A stretch of DNA of 64,000 nucleotides from Trueperaceae bacterium (GTDB lineage Bacteria > Deinococcota > Deinococci > Deinococcales > Trueperaceae): contig CBDCDZ010000004.1 in the NCBI GenBank assembly GCA_965215565.1, forward strand, positions 2,080,001 through 2,144,000, given 5' to 3'. Shown piece by piece: positions 11,510 to 23,306 of this stretch (position 1 is its first letter; every line of letters starts with the position of its first letter). Made by a program: the position numbers and the translations under genes. Below the pieces are notes generated by a model. That model was not told the origin of the DNA, did not search any database, and saw only the letters and a list, made by a program, of their open reading frames with translations.

Positions 11510-12727
11510 TTACTTTGTCACCTCAGTCACGACGCCTGCACCCACGGTTCTGCCCCCTTCACGAATGGCGAAGCGCAAGCCCTCCTCCATCGCAATCGGC
11601 TTGATGAGGTCCACATCAAGTTCCACGTTGTCCCCAGGCATCACCATCTCTACTCCGTCAGGCAAGGTGCACACGCCTGTAACATCGGTGGTGCGGAAGT
11701 AGAACTGCGGACGGTAGCCCGTGAAGAACGCAGAGTGGCGTCCCCCTTCTTCTTTCTTGAGGATGTACACCGAACCCTTGAAGCCCGTATGCGGGGTGAT
11801 GGTGTTCGGTTTCGCTAAAACTTGCCCGCGTTCGATGTCGTCACGCTGCACGCCGCGCAAGAGGACACCCACGTTATCGCCCGCGATACCCGAGTCCAAC
11901 GTCTTACGGTGCATCTCCACGCCGGTGACAACGCTCTTGCGGGTGTCGGTAAGACCCACGATGGCAATCTCTTCGCCCGTTTTGACTTGTCCGCGCTCGA
12001 CTCTACCCGTGGCAACCGTGCCACGTCCCGTGATGGTAAAGACGTCTTCGACGGGCATCAAGAAAGGCTTATCCACGTCGCGTTCGGGCGTGGGGATGTA
12101 GGAGTCCACGGCGTCCAAGAGGTCCCATATCTTATCCACCCACTCGTTCTCGCCTCTTTGGGTATTGGGGTTTTCGCCTAGGGCTTCTAAAGCTTTAAGT
12201 GCCGAGCCTGCCACGATGGGGGTGTCGTCGCCGGGGAATTCGTAGGAATCCAAGAGTTCACGCACTTCCATCTCGACGAGTTCTAACAACTCTTCGTCGT
12301 CCACCATGTCGGTCTTGTTCATGAACACGACGATGTAGGGGACGCCAACCTGACGCGCCAAGAGGATATGTTCTCTCGTTTGCGGCATGGGACCATCCGC
12401 TGCCGAAACCACCAAGATTGCGCCGTCCATCTGCGCTGCGCCTGTGATCATGTTCTTGACGTAGTCGGCGTGTCCGGGGCAGTCCACGTGCGAGTAGTGG
12501 CGTTCTTTCGTTTGGTACTCCACGTGCGAGGTGTTGATGGTGATGCCCCTAGCCTTCTCTTCCGGAGCTTTGTCGATCATGTCGTAGCTGAGGGTCTCGA
12601 CGGTGGGGTCTGCAGCAGCCGCTGTAAAGGTGATCGCGGCTGTTAGAGTCGTCTTGCCGTGGTCCACGTGCCCCACGGTCCCTATGTTTACGTGTGGCTT
12701 CGTTCTGTTGAAGGTCGCTTTGGCCAT
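11510..12727 (-). CDS. tuf: elongation factor Tu
   Basis: [22 protein letters not shown]. Confidence 0.99.
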   Translation of the reverse strand: MAKATFNRTKPHVNIGTVGHVDHGKTTLTAAITFTAAAADPTVETLSYDMIDKAPEEKARGITINTSHVEYQTKERHYSHVDCPGHADYVKNMITGAAQMDGAILVVSAADGPMPQTREHILLARQVGVPYIVVFMNKTDMVDDEELLELVEMEVRELLDSYEFPGDDTPIVAGSALKALEALGENPNTQRGENEWVDKIWDLLDAVDSYIPTPERDVDKPFLMPVEDVFTITGRGTVATGRVERGQVKTGEEIAIVGLTDTRKSVVTGVEMHRKTLDSGIAGDNVGVLLRGVQRDDIERGQVLAKPNTITPHTGFKGSVYILKKEEGGRHSAFFTGYRPQFYFRTTDVTGVCTLPDGVEMVMPGDNVELDVDLIKPIAMEEGLRFAIREGGRTVGAGVVTEVTK

Positions 12728-12853
12728 GAGATTATCTCCTTAAATCTCTAAAGTTGCGTGAAGGGTTCTTCGTCTTCGGAATGATGTCCCTTTAACGGAA
12801 GAAGGTGGAAGAGGTATCACTCACGAAAAATCGCAGAGGATACCTCCGAAAAC

Positions 12854-14941
12854 CTACTTCTTAACGAGGTCGTCCTGAATGTTCTTAGGTACTTGTGCGT
12901 AGTGGTCTAAGAACATCGTGAAGGTAGCGCGTCCTTGCGAAATGCTGCGGAGGTCCGTCGCGTAACCGAACATCTCCGAAAGGGGGACGTGCGCGTTGAT
13001 AATCTGCGCGTTACCGCGTGGCTGCATCCCTTGAATCTGTCCACGGCGCGAGTTGAGGCTGCCAATCACGTCGCCCATGTACTGCTCGGGGCTGACGACT
13101 TCGACGCGCATGACGGGCTCTAAGACCGACGCCGCACCCTTGCTCATGACCTCTTTAATCGCCATCGACGCGGCGATCTTAAACGCCATCTCGGACGAGT
13201 CCACCTCGTGGTACGAGCCGTCGTAGAGCTTGACCTTCATATCCACGATGGGAAAGCCGAGGAGCGGTCCGTTCTGCATCGCTTCTTCGATACCTTTTTG
13301 CACGGCGGGGATGTATTCCTTGGGAATCGTCCCACCGACAACAGCGTTCTCGAACTCGAAGCCGCTGCCGCGCTCTAGTGGCTCGGCTTGAATCTTTACG
13401 TCACCGTACTGACCGCGTCCACCCGACTGACGGACGAACTTGCCCTGTACGTCGACGGGCTTAGTGATGGTCTCGCGGTAGGCGACCTGCGGCGCACCGA
13501 CGTTCGCATTGACGTTGAACTCGCGGCGGAGGCGGTCCACGATGATCTCCAAGTGAAGCTCACCCATGCCCGAAATCTTGGTCTGTCCGGTTTCACTGTC
13601 CGTTTCGACGCGGAAGGTGGGGTCCTCTTCAGCGAGTTTAACCATGCCGCTGCTGAGCTTGTCTTGGTCCGCTTTCGAGGCGGGCTCGATGGCGACGGTG
13701 ATGACGGGCTCGGGGATTTCGATGGACTCCAATTCGATGGGGTGGTCCTGATTCGCGAGCGTATCCCCCGTCGAGGTGTCTTTAAGACCGATCACTGCAC
13801 CCAAGTCGCCTGCGCCGATCTGCTCAATCTCTTCGCGCGAGTTCGCGTGCATCTTGAGAAGACGCCCGATGCGCTCCTTTTTGCCCTTTGAAACGTTATA
13901 GACGTAGGAGCCGGACTCCAACACACCTGAGTACACACGCACAAAAGTCAAACGTCCAACGTAGGGGTCGGTCATGACCTTGAAGGCTAGCGCGGCGGTC
14001 GGTGCGGTCTCGTCGGCGGGGCGGGTGTCCTCTTCGCCGGTCTCGAGGATAACACCGCGAATTGCCGGTACATCCAGCGGGCTCGGCAAGTAGAGCGCGA
14101 CGCAGTCCAGAAGGCGCTGCACGCCCTTGTTCTTTAAGGCGGAGCCGCAGAGAACAGGGAACAGCTCTAAGCTGATCGTCCCTTTGCGGATTGCCGCGTT
14201 GATCATATCGGCGGGAACCTCTTCACCTTCCAAGAAGAGCATCGCCACGTCGTCGTCGGCGTCCGCAAGCTTCTCGATCATGAGGTTGCGCTTCTCTTCA
14301 GCGAGTTCCGCAAATTCAGCGGGCACATCCGTCACTTCGATGTCTTGACCCAAATCGTCCTTGAAGGTGTACGCCTTCATGTCGATGAGGTCGATCAAGC
14401 CCTTGAATGAATCCTCTTGACCCATCGGCCACTGAATCGGCACGGCGTTCGCTGCTAAGCGCTCCTCCATCGAGTCCAAGACAAGCTGGAAGTCCGCGCC
14501 CGTCTTGTCCATCTTGTTCGCAAATGCTAAACGCGGCACGCGGTAGCGGTCCGCTTGACGCCAGACGGTCTCGCTCTGCGGCTCGACGCCTTGCGAGGCG
14601 TCGAAGACAGCGACGGCAGCGTCTAAAACGCGCATGGAGCGCTCCACTTCCATCGTGAAGTCCACGTGTCCGGGCGTGTCGATGATGTTGATGCGGGTGT
14701 CGTTCCAGAACGCCTGCGTGACCGCCGACGTGATGGTGATACCGCGCTCTTTCTCCTGCGCCATCCAGTCCATCTGGCTTGCGCCTTCATGGGTCTCACC
14801 GATCTTGTGAATGCGCCCCGCGTAGAAGAGGATGCGCTCGGTCAACGTGGTCTTACCCGCGTCGATGTGCGCAGCAATCCCAATGTTGCGGGTTTTGCTT
14901 AGGTCGACACCTGTTTTGGTTCCTGTTGTGTTGGTTGCCAT
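12854..14941 (-). CDS. fusA: elongation factor G
   Basis: [22 protein letters not shown]. Confidence 0.99.
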   Translation of the reverse strand: MATNTTGTKTGVDLSKTRNIGIAAHIDAGKTTLTERILFYAGRIHKIGETHEGASQMDWMAQEKERGITITSAVTQAFWNDTRINIIDTPGHVDFTMEVERSMRVLDAAVAVFDASQGVEPQSETVWRQADRYRVPRLAFANKMDKTGADFQLVLDSMEERLAANAVPIQWPMGQEDSFKGLIDLIDMKAYTFKDDLGQDIEVTDVPAEFAELAEEKRNLMIEKLADADDDVAMLFLEGEEVPADMINAAIRKGTISLELFPVLCGSALKNKGVQRLLDCVALYLPSPLDVPAIRGVILETGEEDTRPADETAPTAALAFKVMTDPYVGRLTFVRVYSGVLESGSYVYNVSKGKKERIGRLLKMHANSREEIEQIGAGDLGAVIGLKDTSTGDTLANQDHPIELESIEIPEPVITVAIEPASKADQDKLSSGMVKLAEEDPTFRVETDSETGQTKISGMGELHLEIIVDRLRREFNVNANVGAPQVAYRETITKPVDVQGKFVRQSGGRGQYGDVKIQAEPLERGSGFEFENAVVGGTIPKEYIPAVQKGIEEAMQNGPLLGFPIVDMKVKLYDGSYHEVDSSEMAFKIAASMAIKEVMSKGAASVLEPVMRVEVVSPEQYMGDVIGSLNSRRGQIQGMQPRGNAQIINAHVPLSEMFGYATDLRSISQGRATFTMFLDHYAQVPKNIQDDLVKK

Positions 14942-14948
14942 AAAAAAT

Positions 14949-15043
14949 CAAGAAGAAGGGGAAAGAGGAAAGGGGAAAGATAAAAGAATAAACCTTTCAT
15001 CTTTTCTCTTTCGTCTTTTCTCTCCTATCCTTTTCCTCCTCTC
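14949..15043. repeat. purine tract followed by pyrimidine tract (imperfect 7-mer palindromic repeat)
   Basis: gaaggggaaagaggaaaggggaaagataaaag...ctttcatcttttctctttcgtcttttctctcc fills the rpsG-fusA spacer. Confidence 0.6.
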
Positions 15044-15514
15044 TTACCAGCGGTAGTGCGCGTACGCGCGGTTGGCTTCTGCCATGCGTTCGACGTCGTC
15101 TTTTTTCTTGACTGCGCCGCCGCGTCCAGCAGCGGCGTCTAAGAGTTCACCGGCGACGCGCTCGCTCGCGGTGCGTTCAGGACGGGCGTCCGAGGCGGCG
15201 GAGAGCCAGCGGAGTGAGAGCGATTGGGCGCGTCGCGGGCTCACTTCGACGGGGACCTGATAGGTTGCCCCACCAACGCGGCGGCTCTTAACCTCAATCT
15301 TAGGGCGGACGTTGTCGATGCCCTGACGGAAAACCTTTAGGGGCTCTTGTCCGCTGCGCTCTTGAATTAGGCGGCACGCGCCGTAAAAAATGCGGCTCGA
15401 GAGGTTCTTTTTCCCGTCGCGCATGAGCTTGTTGATAAACGCCGTGACCGTCGTGTCGCTGTAGACGAGGTCGGGCTCGAGCCTTCTGACTTCTGCTCTT
15501 CTTCTACGTCCCAT
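15044..15514 (-). CDS. rpsG: 30S ribosomal protein S7
   Basis: RRVGGATYQVP, MAEANRAYAHYRW. Confidence 0.98.
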   Translation of the reverse strand: MGRRRRAEVRRLEPDLVYSDTTVTAFINKLMRDGKKNLSSRIFYGACRLIQERSGQEPLKVFRQGIDNVRPKIEVKSRRVGGATYQVPVEVSPRRAQSLSLRWLSAASDARPERTASERVAGELLDAAAGRGGAVKKKDDVERMAEANRAYAHYRW

Positions 15515-15516
15515 AC

Positions 15517-15906
15517 TTACCCTTTCGGTTTCTTAGTGCCGTACTTGCTGCGGCCCTGATTGCGCTGCACGTAACGACCAACGCCCACGCCCTGCGTATC
15601 CAACGCGCCGCGCACGATGTGGTAGCGCACGCCCGGCAAGTCTTTAACACGCCCGCCGCGAATCAGGACAACGGAGTGCTCCTGCAAGTTGTGCTTCTCG
15701 CCAGGAATGTACGCGGTGACTTCGTAGCCGGATGAGAGGCGCACACGCGCAATTTTGCGCAGTGCCGAGTTCGGCTTCTTAGGGGTTTGCGTCTTGACAA
15801 CCGTGCATACGCCACGGCGCTGCGGGCTGCCCTTGAGGGCGGGAACTTTATTCTTTTTCGGTAGGGCTTTACGGCCCTTACGCAGTAACTGATTGACGGT
15901 CGGCAG
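15517..15906 (-). CDS. rpsL: 30S ribosomal protein S12 (probable CTG start)
   Basis: [29 protein letters not shown] 8 nt before CTG-CCG-ACC (canonical MPT start). Confidence 0.97.
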   Translation of the reverse strand: MPTVNQLLRKGRKALPKKNKVPALKGSPQRRGVCTVVKTQTPKKPNSALRKIARVRLSSGYEVTAYIPGEKHNLQEHSVVLIRGGRVKDLPGVRYHIVRGALDTQGVGVGRYVQRNQGRSKYGTKKPKG

Positions 15907-16079
15907 CGTGACCACTCCCTCTTTCTTTGACTTGAGCCTTAGATACCCGCAGCAGCGCTACGGACGCAGAGCTTCCGGTTAAATAACGACACTTGTTGGA
16001 CCTAAAAGGTGGGGTAACAAGCACACGACGACGGTGCCCCCTGACTTATCGCTGCAAGCCGGGAAGGGCAAACTCAAGT

Positions 16080-16109
16080 AGTATATAGGGGTGTATAGGG
16101 AGAAATCAA
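16080..16109 (-). promoter_or_regulatory. probable sigma-70 promoter of the str operon
   Basis: TTGATT-18 nt-TATACT on the minus strand, ~175 nt upstream of rpsL. Confidence 0.6.
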
Positions 16110-16778
16110 GGTCTAGCCTTACGTTCTGGTACGTAAAGCGCTGAAACCTTTGAACCTCATGAGAGGTTGGGCGCGGTGAAGCGCTGGAAGTTGAGGTTAT
16201 GGTACGAGAATTTTGGGAGAAATTGCGTGTAGGGTTTCACGTAAGCGTGGTTCGACTATTATTTTTGCTCGCGAAAGAGAGAAATTCAGTGTCCTAGTCG
16301 GCGTATGGGCAAGGCTTTCCCGTTACCGCTTCGAAATGATGCACTCTGCATAAGTGCGCAACTCTTATCGAACCTCGGTCACAGTTCTCTCGTTTGCAAG
16401 GTTTGCCTAAGTCTTCATCACCAAGCAATTCATACGAATTCTCGCTCGGTAGGTGTACTGCGGCTCTGGATTGGTGGTGGCGGTAGCGAAATGGGTTCTT
16501 CTTGGAAAGGTCCTATTTCCTCCTTGGACTCGAGCACCTGCCAGGGGCGCGAGCCAACATCGCTTATTCTGTCGTAACGCTCACCGCCGAGGGCGACAAA
16601 CAACTCAGTTGGTACGTCAAAAATGTAGTTTACATAGTCTCTATCGGCTTCGGTATCTTGCCGATGACGCAACTTCACGAATATCTCTTCAAATAAAGAA
16701 GGTGGATCACCTCCGACTTCAATAGAATTCTCCTCGTGCAGTACAGACCACAATTCAAGACCATCTTGCCACGCACTT

Positions 16779-17826
16779 CTAAGTACACGACAAAAGCCTA
16801 AAAGCGTTGTGTAGGAGCTTAGGGTCAAGGGAGAGGTTGGTGATAGCGCGGCGGATAAAGTCAAGCCCAAGCCGGAAGATAGACACTTCACGTCTACCGT
16901 GCGGTTTGATACGATAGGTCTAAGGCGGTGTTGCCAGTGGCCGACTTTGAGCGCCCAGAGGAAGGCGAGACTCACAACAGCGATCAGGGCGCTGAGGCGC
17001 TCGGTGTCCTTGAGGTGGGTATCTTCAAGGTTGAAACCGCTGGATTTGAGGGCTTTGAAAAGAGACTCGCTTCACGCCACCTACGGGCGTAAGCGCTCAA
17101 AGCTTCTTTAGGGCTACGATTGGTCACAATGATGACGAGTTGCTGGTCACAGCTCCTAGTTGCAGCAACGGCAAGCTCACAGCCACAAATCTTGTAGCGG
17201 TGGTGGAGGCTTCGCGTTTGTAAGGGTTCAAGCTGCTGAAAAAAGGCGGCGAGCCGAAACCAGTTGTCAGCTAAGCTGTTTTCCCGGATGCGAATAGCAA
17301 AAGGAATGTTGTGATCTACCAGGAACCCAAACCAGTCTTGACCGATGAACTCCCTATCTGCAAGTAAGACCTCTATACGCTCAGGTTTGATGACCTTCAA
17401 AACCTGCTCAAGCAACTCCGTGCGCTCTAGCGTGTTCGAGTTACCCCGCTTGCTTAGAAGAACAAACGCAAGGGGGATGGCGATACCTTCATCAGCGATA
17501 GCGATCATCAAGATATTGATGTTGAAGCTGCCAAACTTCCAGTTCGTTCTATCGACGCACAAGGTGTAACGCTGCTTGTCGAGCAGTTTGACCATAAAGT
17601 GCGTGAAAAGCGTTTCGTCAAGCTCTAGCTCAGCAAAGAACCGCTGCGCTCGCCTATACACAGAAGCCTCACGCGCCCAGCTCTGCACGGTACCCACCAC
17701 GCTCTTGAGATTGACTGTCCTGGCTTCAACGATGCCTAGCATCAACATGCTCAGAAACGTGAGCCTCGACCTATGCATGTTGACTCCTGCCTCTTTCAAC
17801 GCTTCGACTAATCCAGTATGCTTCAT
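16779..17826 (-). pseudogene. IS4-family DDE transposase with two frameshifts
   Basis: DRTNWKFG, LADREFIG, broken Y-R-E-K motif near 17070; second shift near 16910; natural stop lies in the IR. Confidence 0.85.
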
Positions 17827-17904
17827 TTGAGTTCTCCTTTGTTTAGCTACGCACTAAACATTCTTCAAGGAGAACTCCTTTTTGTAAAATTGTCGTGTAC
17901 TAAG
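16779..17904 (-). mobile_element. IS4-family insertion sequence (1126 bp)
   Basis: Terminal IRs CTAAGTACACGACAA / TTGTCGTGTACTAAG; 9-bp flanking repeats cacgcactt/cgcgcactt (1 mismatch). Confidence 0.9.
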
Positions 17905-18476
17905 CGCGCACTTACAAAATTCACCCCAATAGTCTCATTTACGTAATTGACCAGTACCAAAGCCTTACGGGATAAATTAGCAAGAATTGCTTCATCTAGA
18001 ACTCCATCATTGACGTTGATTAAATAGCTTTCATTGGTGGCTACCATACCTGAGATTGGGGAGTCTGGCACTTCCTGGAATTCACCTGTTGCTCTAAGCA
18101 ACAGTTCACTATGGATTCTTTCAGGTGATTTACCGGATGTTTGAATGTAAAGAATTCTGAACCCCATGCTTATTCAACCTTTGAGACACTTTTGTCTGCA
18201 TCTACAGTGATAGCGAATTTCGCTCACTACAGCCTAACAGCTTCTGCTTCAACACGTCGAACGCGCCACCTAAGCTCGAGCAAAGACTTACTTCACGTAA
18301 AACGATTCAGCATCCTGCTCTACTACTCACCAAACTCTCGCCCCATGAGGGGTTGCATAACGATGAGGTCAAACTTTGCCTCGAGCCTACCAAGAAAGCG
18401 CATCAACCGCCGGGCAGCGTAGAATTATCTTTCTACACTCCCACATCGCTACTGCTTTGATTTAACAAACAGATTA

Positions 18477-19294
18477 GGCTCTGTTGACATTCCCGAGGAA
18501 TGGTTGTTAGAAAAGGGCATGAGCGACGTTAAACTAACAGCTAAACAGTGGCGTAAAATCAGAGCGTTCCTAAATGAGAAGCCGCAAGTGTATGTAGGAC
18601 AGGAGAAACAGTGCCGCAAGTTTATTGAAGGGGTGCTGTGGATATTGCGTTCAGGTGCACAGTGGCGACTTCTACCTCCTAAGTACGGAAACTGGAACAG
18701 TGTATACAAGCGTTTTGACAGGTGGAGCGAAAGGGGCATTTGGGAAGCGATGTTCGAGCGCTTTGCCGATGACCCAGACCTGGAGAGCGTGATGATGGAC
18801 GGCTCAGTGGTGCGGGCTCATGCGTGTTCGGCAGGTGCGCCACATAAAAAAGGGGTCAACAGATGCAAGACCTCGGCTATAGTCGGGGCGGGTTCAGCAG
18901 CAAGATACACGTCTTAGTCGACGGTTTGGGCAATCCGCTGCGGTTGTTACTCAGCGCTGGACAAAAACACGAAGCACCCTACGCCCAAGCCTTACTCGCA
19001 GACTATGAGGTCGCGTTCGTATTCGGTGATAAAGCCTACGACGCTGACCCTATCCTTACAACTATTACTGAGATGGACGCGCAAGCAGTCATTCCACCTA
19101 AAAGCAACCGCAAAGAGCAACGCGACTACGACAAAGAACTATACAAAGAGCGTCACCTCGTGGAGTGCTTTTTCAACAAGCTCAAGCAGTATAGGCGTTG
19201 CTTCTCAAGGTTCGACAAATTCGCAAGAAACTACCTCAGCTTTCTCCACTTCGCCTCTGCTCTCATCTGGTTACGGTGAAATGTCAACACAACC
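18477..19294 (+). mobile_element. IS5-family insertion sequence (two-ORF type, ~818 bp)
   Basis: IRs GGCTCTGTTGACATT / AATGTCAACACAACC, flanked by TA; A6G4 slippery site 18846-18855. Confidence 0.9.
18504..19279 (+). CDS. IS5-family transposase (orfA+orfB via -1 frameshift; start probably ATG 18519)
   Basis: LRSGAQWRLLP..YGNWNSVYKRF; GDKAYD; YKERHLVECFFNKLKQYR. Confidence 0.88.
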
Positions 19295-19673
19295 TAATAA
19301 ATTCTCGCGCTCTCACGATGGGAATACCCTCTACTTTTTGCAACTCGAGCATGTCGCGTTTATCGCCAGAGACGATGTACTGCACCTGTCCGGCTATTCC
19401 CGTAGCAAGAATTGGGTTGTCTTTAGGATCGGGTGAATAACCAACCTCCGGTAACTTGTCCAAAACCAGAGCGTTTTGCCACAATTGGTTAATGAGCCTG
19501 CCTGCTGTCGCGGGTTTGATTTATCTTTGAGATGAGGGTAGCGGGTCACTTCTCGTAATTCACCAATTTGCCATGTAGAAGTGACAAGGTCAAAAACTCT
19601 GGCTTGCCAGAGCTGATAGAGGGTATCAGGGATACCCCCGGTAGTAATCAGTGCAGAAATTAGGATGTTGGTG

Positions 19674-19910
19674 TCAACGACGACGCGCATCTAGTACAGC
19701 TTCGTCGATAAGCCTCATGAGTTGGTCTTGGTCTTCGCCTTTGTTGCGCTCTTTGATGGCACTCACCGTTTCAGTAAAATCTTTAGTCAGGCTACTACTC
19801 TTTTGCTGTTCTAAAACGTCCATCTGTGCCGCTAATTGCTCGAGCATAGTTTCGTCGTAGCCTGCCATACGCTGCTGCAACTTTTGCTGCAATTTCTCAC
19901 GCACTGTCAT
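19674..19910 (-). CDS. putative antitoxin, small protein overlapping the PIN toxin start
   Basis: 78 aa helical protein ending LIDEAVLDARRR; TATTAT -10 six nt before ATG. Confidence 0.6.
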   Translation of the reverse strand: MTVREKLQQKLQQRMAGYDETMLEQLAAQMDVLEQQKSSSLTKDFTETVSAIKERNKGEDQDQLMRLIDEAVLDARRR

Positions 19911-20020
19911 AACTCAATAATACGCGCTTTTACGACCTACTGCAATGCGTTTGCCCCGCTGAAACCTCACATCAAGGAGTTATCAACGGGGCAGAATAGA
20001 GCGTTAAGGTGTCGCTACAT

Positions 20021-20143
20021 TTAGTTCGACGACAGCACTTCCCCACCCCAAGCCTCAAACTCCAACTCATACGTCCCTATCTCGCCCGCGTAGTAGCTCG
20101 TCACGATGACTTCATACGTGCCAGCGGAGAGGTCAACTCGAGC
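20021..20143 (-). pseudogene. C-terminal gene remnant resembling a pre-peptidase C-terminal (PPC) strand pattern
   Basis: ARVDLSAGTYEVIVTSYYAGEIGTYELEF...* with no start codon of its own. Confidence 0.4.
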
Positions 20144-20146
20144 GCA

Positions 20147-20548
20147 TCACCTTTCCAACCTCTCCACAATGAATGCGTCCACCTCGATCTCCACGAGCAT
20201 CTTAGGGTCAATCAGCGCACTCACCGCAACCAGTGTGGCAGCGGGGCGAATATCGGCAAAGACCTCACCGTGCGCCCGTGTGACCTCTTGCCAGTGGGCG
20301 ATGTCGGTGACGAAGATGCGGGTGCGCACGACGTCCTCTAAGGTTGCCCCAGCTTTCTCCAGCGCTGAGCGGATGTTTTTAAGAACTTGCTGCGCTTGCT
20401 CATAGGGGTCATCTACGCCGACGATGTGACCGTCACTATTCGTTGCGGTTGTTCCGGCGACGAACACGTGGGGACCGATGCGGACGGCCCTCGAGTACCC
20501 CACCGCCGCTTCCCAGGGCGTCCCGGACGAGATGTTCTGTCTCTTCAT
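20147..20548 (-). CDS. RidA/YjgF family protein
   Basis: [28 protein letters not shown]. Confidence 0.92.
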   Translation of the reverse strand: MKRQNISSGTPWEAAVGYSRAVRIGPHVFVAGTTATNSDGHIVGVDDPYEQAQQVLKNIRSALEKAGATLEDVVRTRIFVTDIAHWQEVTRAHGEVFADIRPAATLVAVSALIDPKMLVEIEVDAFIVERLER

Positions 20549-20549
20549 A

Positions 20550-20660
20550 TAGCAGGTATCATCTGGTCAGAGACACTCGCACTTTGTAAAACGATGTCTA
20601 GCACGTACTTTAAGAGATGATATCTGCGCTCAACTGTCTCAGTATGTCGTGGAACTGCTA
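20550..20660 (+). mobile_element. 111-bp MITE-like repeat, reference copy
   Basis: TAGCAG...CTGCTA termini; internal IR gcaggtatcatct/agatgatatctgc. Confidence 0.85.
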
Positions 20661-20856
20661 ATAAGTTCTCCATGGCCTCGAGTATAGAGGTTGTGACGTT
20701 CGCACCTCTTCATTCACCTTGAACTTGTCCGTCATGATGGGTTGCCTAAAGGTCGATAGGTGGCTACATAAACCCGGCTTGAAACAAGGTTTTGTTCTCC
20801 GTGCGCCGCTACAGTACCTTGAGTCACCATCAAGGTGCAGATGGAAAGAGGTACAC

Positions 20857-21771
20857 ATGAAAATAGGCATTGTAGGTGCAGGACTCGTTGGGTCAACAGC
20901 GGGCTACACCTTAGTCACTGAAAACCTGGTCAGCGAACTCGTCTTCGTGGATAAGAACGAAGCGAGAGCCGAGGGCGAAGCGATGGACGTGTCGCACGCC
21001 ACGCCCTTTTCGCACCCGGCGCGGGTTGTGGCGGGAAGCTACGAAGACTTAAAAGATGCCGCGATGGTTATCGTGACAGCAGGTGCGAACCAGAAAGAGG
21101 GGGAGACGCGGCTCGACTTGGCGGCTAAAAACGCCACAATTTTCCGCGACATCATCCCGCAAATCACTGAGAATGTACCCGACACCGTACTGCTCATCGC
21201 TACGAACCCCGTTGACGTGCTGACGCACGTCGCGTGGCAGGAGAGCGGTCTGCCCAAGGAGCGTGTGATCGGTTCAGGGACGATTTTGGATACGGCGCGA
21301 CTGCGCTCGCTCGTGAGCGAGAAGGCTAAGGTCGCGCCGCAGAACGTTCACGGTTACGTCTTGGGCGAGCACGGCGACTCGGAGATCGTCGCGTGGAGTC
21401 ATATGGACATCGCCGGAACGCCGCTCAAGCAGTACTTCCCCAAGCGCGGTCTATCTTGGGATGACGAAGACCAGCGTGAGGTGCAGCGTGACGTTCAGAG
21501 GGCCGCTTACAACATCATTCAGCGCAAAGGCGCGACGTATTACGGTGTGGCGACGGGCATTGCCCGCATCGCCCAAGCGGTCTTAGGCAATCAGCAGAGC
21601 GTCCTCACGGTCTCTATGAGCGACGGCGAGGTGGCGTACAGCTTGCCCCGCGTGCTCGGGCGTGACGGGGTAGTGGCGACGCTCGAGGTCGAACTCAGCG
21701 AAGACGAGCGAAGCGATTTGGATAAGAGTATCGGCGTGATTCGTGAGGCGATCGAAAGCGCCTCTAGTTAG
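20857..21771 (+). CDS. ldh: L-lactate dehydrogenase
   Basis: MKIGIVGAGLVG, GANQKEGETRLDL, LDTAR, GEHGDS; start adjusted. Confidence 0.95.
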   Translation: MKIGIVGAGLVGSTAGYTLVTENLVSELVFVDKNEARAEGEAMDVSHATPFSHPARVVAGSYEDLKDAAMVIVTAGANQKEGETRLDLAAKNATIFRDIIPQITENVPDTVLLIATNPVDVLTHVAWQESGLPKERVIGSGTILDTARLRSLVSEKAKVAPQNVHGYVLGEHGDSEIVAWSHMDIAGTPLKQYFPKRGLSWDDEDQREVQRDVQRAAYNIIQRKGATYYGVATGIARIAQAVLGNQQSVLTVSMSDGEVAYSLPRVLGRDGVVATLEVELSEDERSDLDKSIGVIREAIESASS

Positions 21772-21811
21772 TGCGAGTTCATGATTGTGAAGAGGTTAGA
21801 ATGCACGCCTG

Positions 21812-22784
21812 ATGCGAGCGAAGCAGAGAGATGAAACTCGAGACGAGATAGAGAGTGCCGCTGACCTCTTGCGTGCGGGTGGGCTCGTCGCCTTTCCGAC
21901 TGAAACGGTGTACGGTTTGGGCGCGGACGCCAGCAACAGCAGCGCCGTCAAACGTATTTTTGAGGCCAAAGGACGCCCCGCTGACCATCCGGTCATTGTC
22001 CATCTTCCCTCGGTTGACTCGCTTGCGGATTGGGCGAGAGAGGTGCCCGAAGAGGTCTATAAACTCGCTGAAACCTTCTGGGCTGGACCGCTCACCCTCA
22101 TTTTGAAGCGCTCAGAACGTGTACCGGACGTGGTGACAGGTGGACAAGACACTGTTGGATTGCGCGTGCCCGGACATCCGTTGGCATTGAGGTTGCTCGA
22201 GTCCTTCGGCGGCGGCGTCGCCGCCCCCTCCGCTAACCGCTTCGGACGCATCAGCCCAACCACAGCGGCGCACGTCCGCGCTGAACTAAGCGACTCCGTA
22301 GATATAGTTTTAGACGGCGGCGCGTGCGAGGTGGGCTTGGAATCCACGATTCTCGATATGAGTAGAGGTAGACCCCACCTCTTACGTCCCGGTAAGATTT
22401 CACCCCTTCAACTCGCCGAAATCTTAGGAGAGGAACCTCTTATGAAAAGCGACAATGCACCCAGAGCACCGGGAACTTTAGAGAGTCACTACGCCCCGAC
22501 GACGCCCGTTGTGATTGCCGAGAGTTTGACGGATTATCTGGGAGAGAATACAGAGAAAAAACTCGCTGTCTTGGCGAGAAGTCAAAAGCCTGCCTGGTTA
22601 GAGAGTGCGCGGTGGCTCGTTTTGCCAGGTGAGCCGGAAGGGTACGCCCAGCAGCTTTACGCCGGATTACGCGAACTCGACGGTGCAAAGTGCGATGAAA
22701 TTGTAGTGGAAACCGTACCCGATATTCCCGAGTGGCTCGCCGTGCGCGACAGGCTCACACGCGCGGCGACGAAGGAGGTGCCTA

Positions 22785-22801
<17 letters not shown>
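21812..22801 (+). CDS. tsaC: threonylcarbamoyl-AMP synthase (Sua5 type)
   Basis: [22 protein letters not shown]-terminal SUA5 domain (HYAP). Confidence 0.93.

Positions 22802-23302
<501 letters not shown>

Positions 23303-23306
<4 letters not shown>

Larger units (their letters stand above)
16294..18167 (-). pseudogene. hypothetical protein with Cys/His C-terminal motif, split by IS4-family element and frameshifted
   Basis: Removing 16779-17904 and one target-site copy joins ...GVNFVSA|WQDGLELWSV... in frame; one extra base near 16434 continues REFYELLGDEDLGKPCKRENC...LCRVHHFE...CPYAD*. Confidence 0.7.
18449..19690 (-). pseudogene. PIN-domain TA toxin, frameshifted and interrupted by IS5-family element
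   Basis: MRVVVDTNILISAL...DPKDNPIL...YIVSGDKRD; 1-nt deletion near 19520; original C-terminus ...REFINLFVKSKQ* lies beyond the IS (stop 18449). Confidence 0.8.

Noticed and set aside
16119..16136. TTACG-N8-CGTAA as a DdrO/RDRM box
   Set aside because: It is 18 bp rather than the 17-bp motif, and is not upstream of a repair gene.
16294..19690. Programmed recoding to explain the four small indels
   Set aside because: No slippery motifs at those sites; decay or assembly error is simpler, and these cannot be separated without reads.
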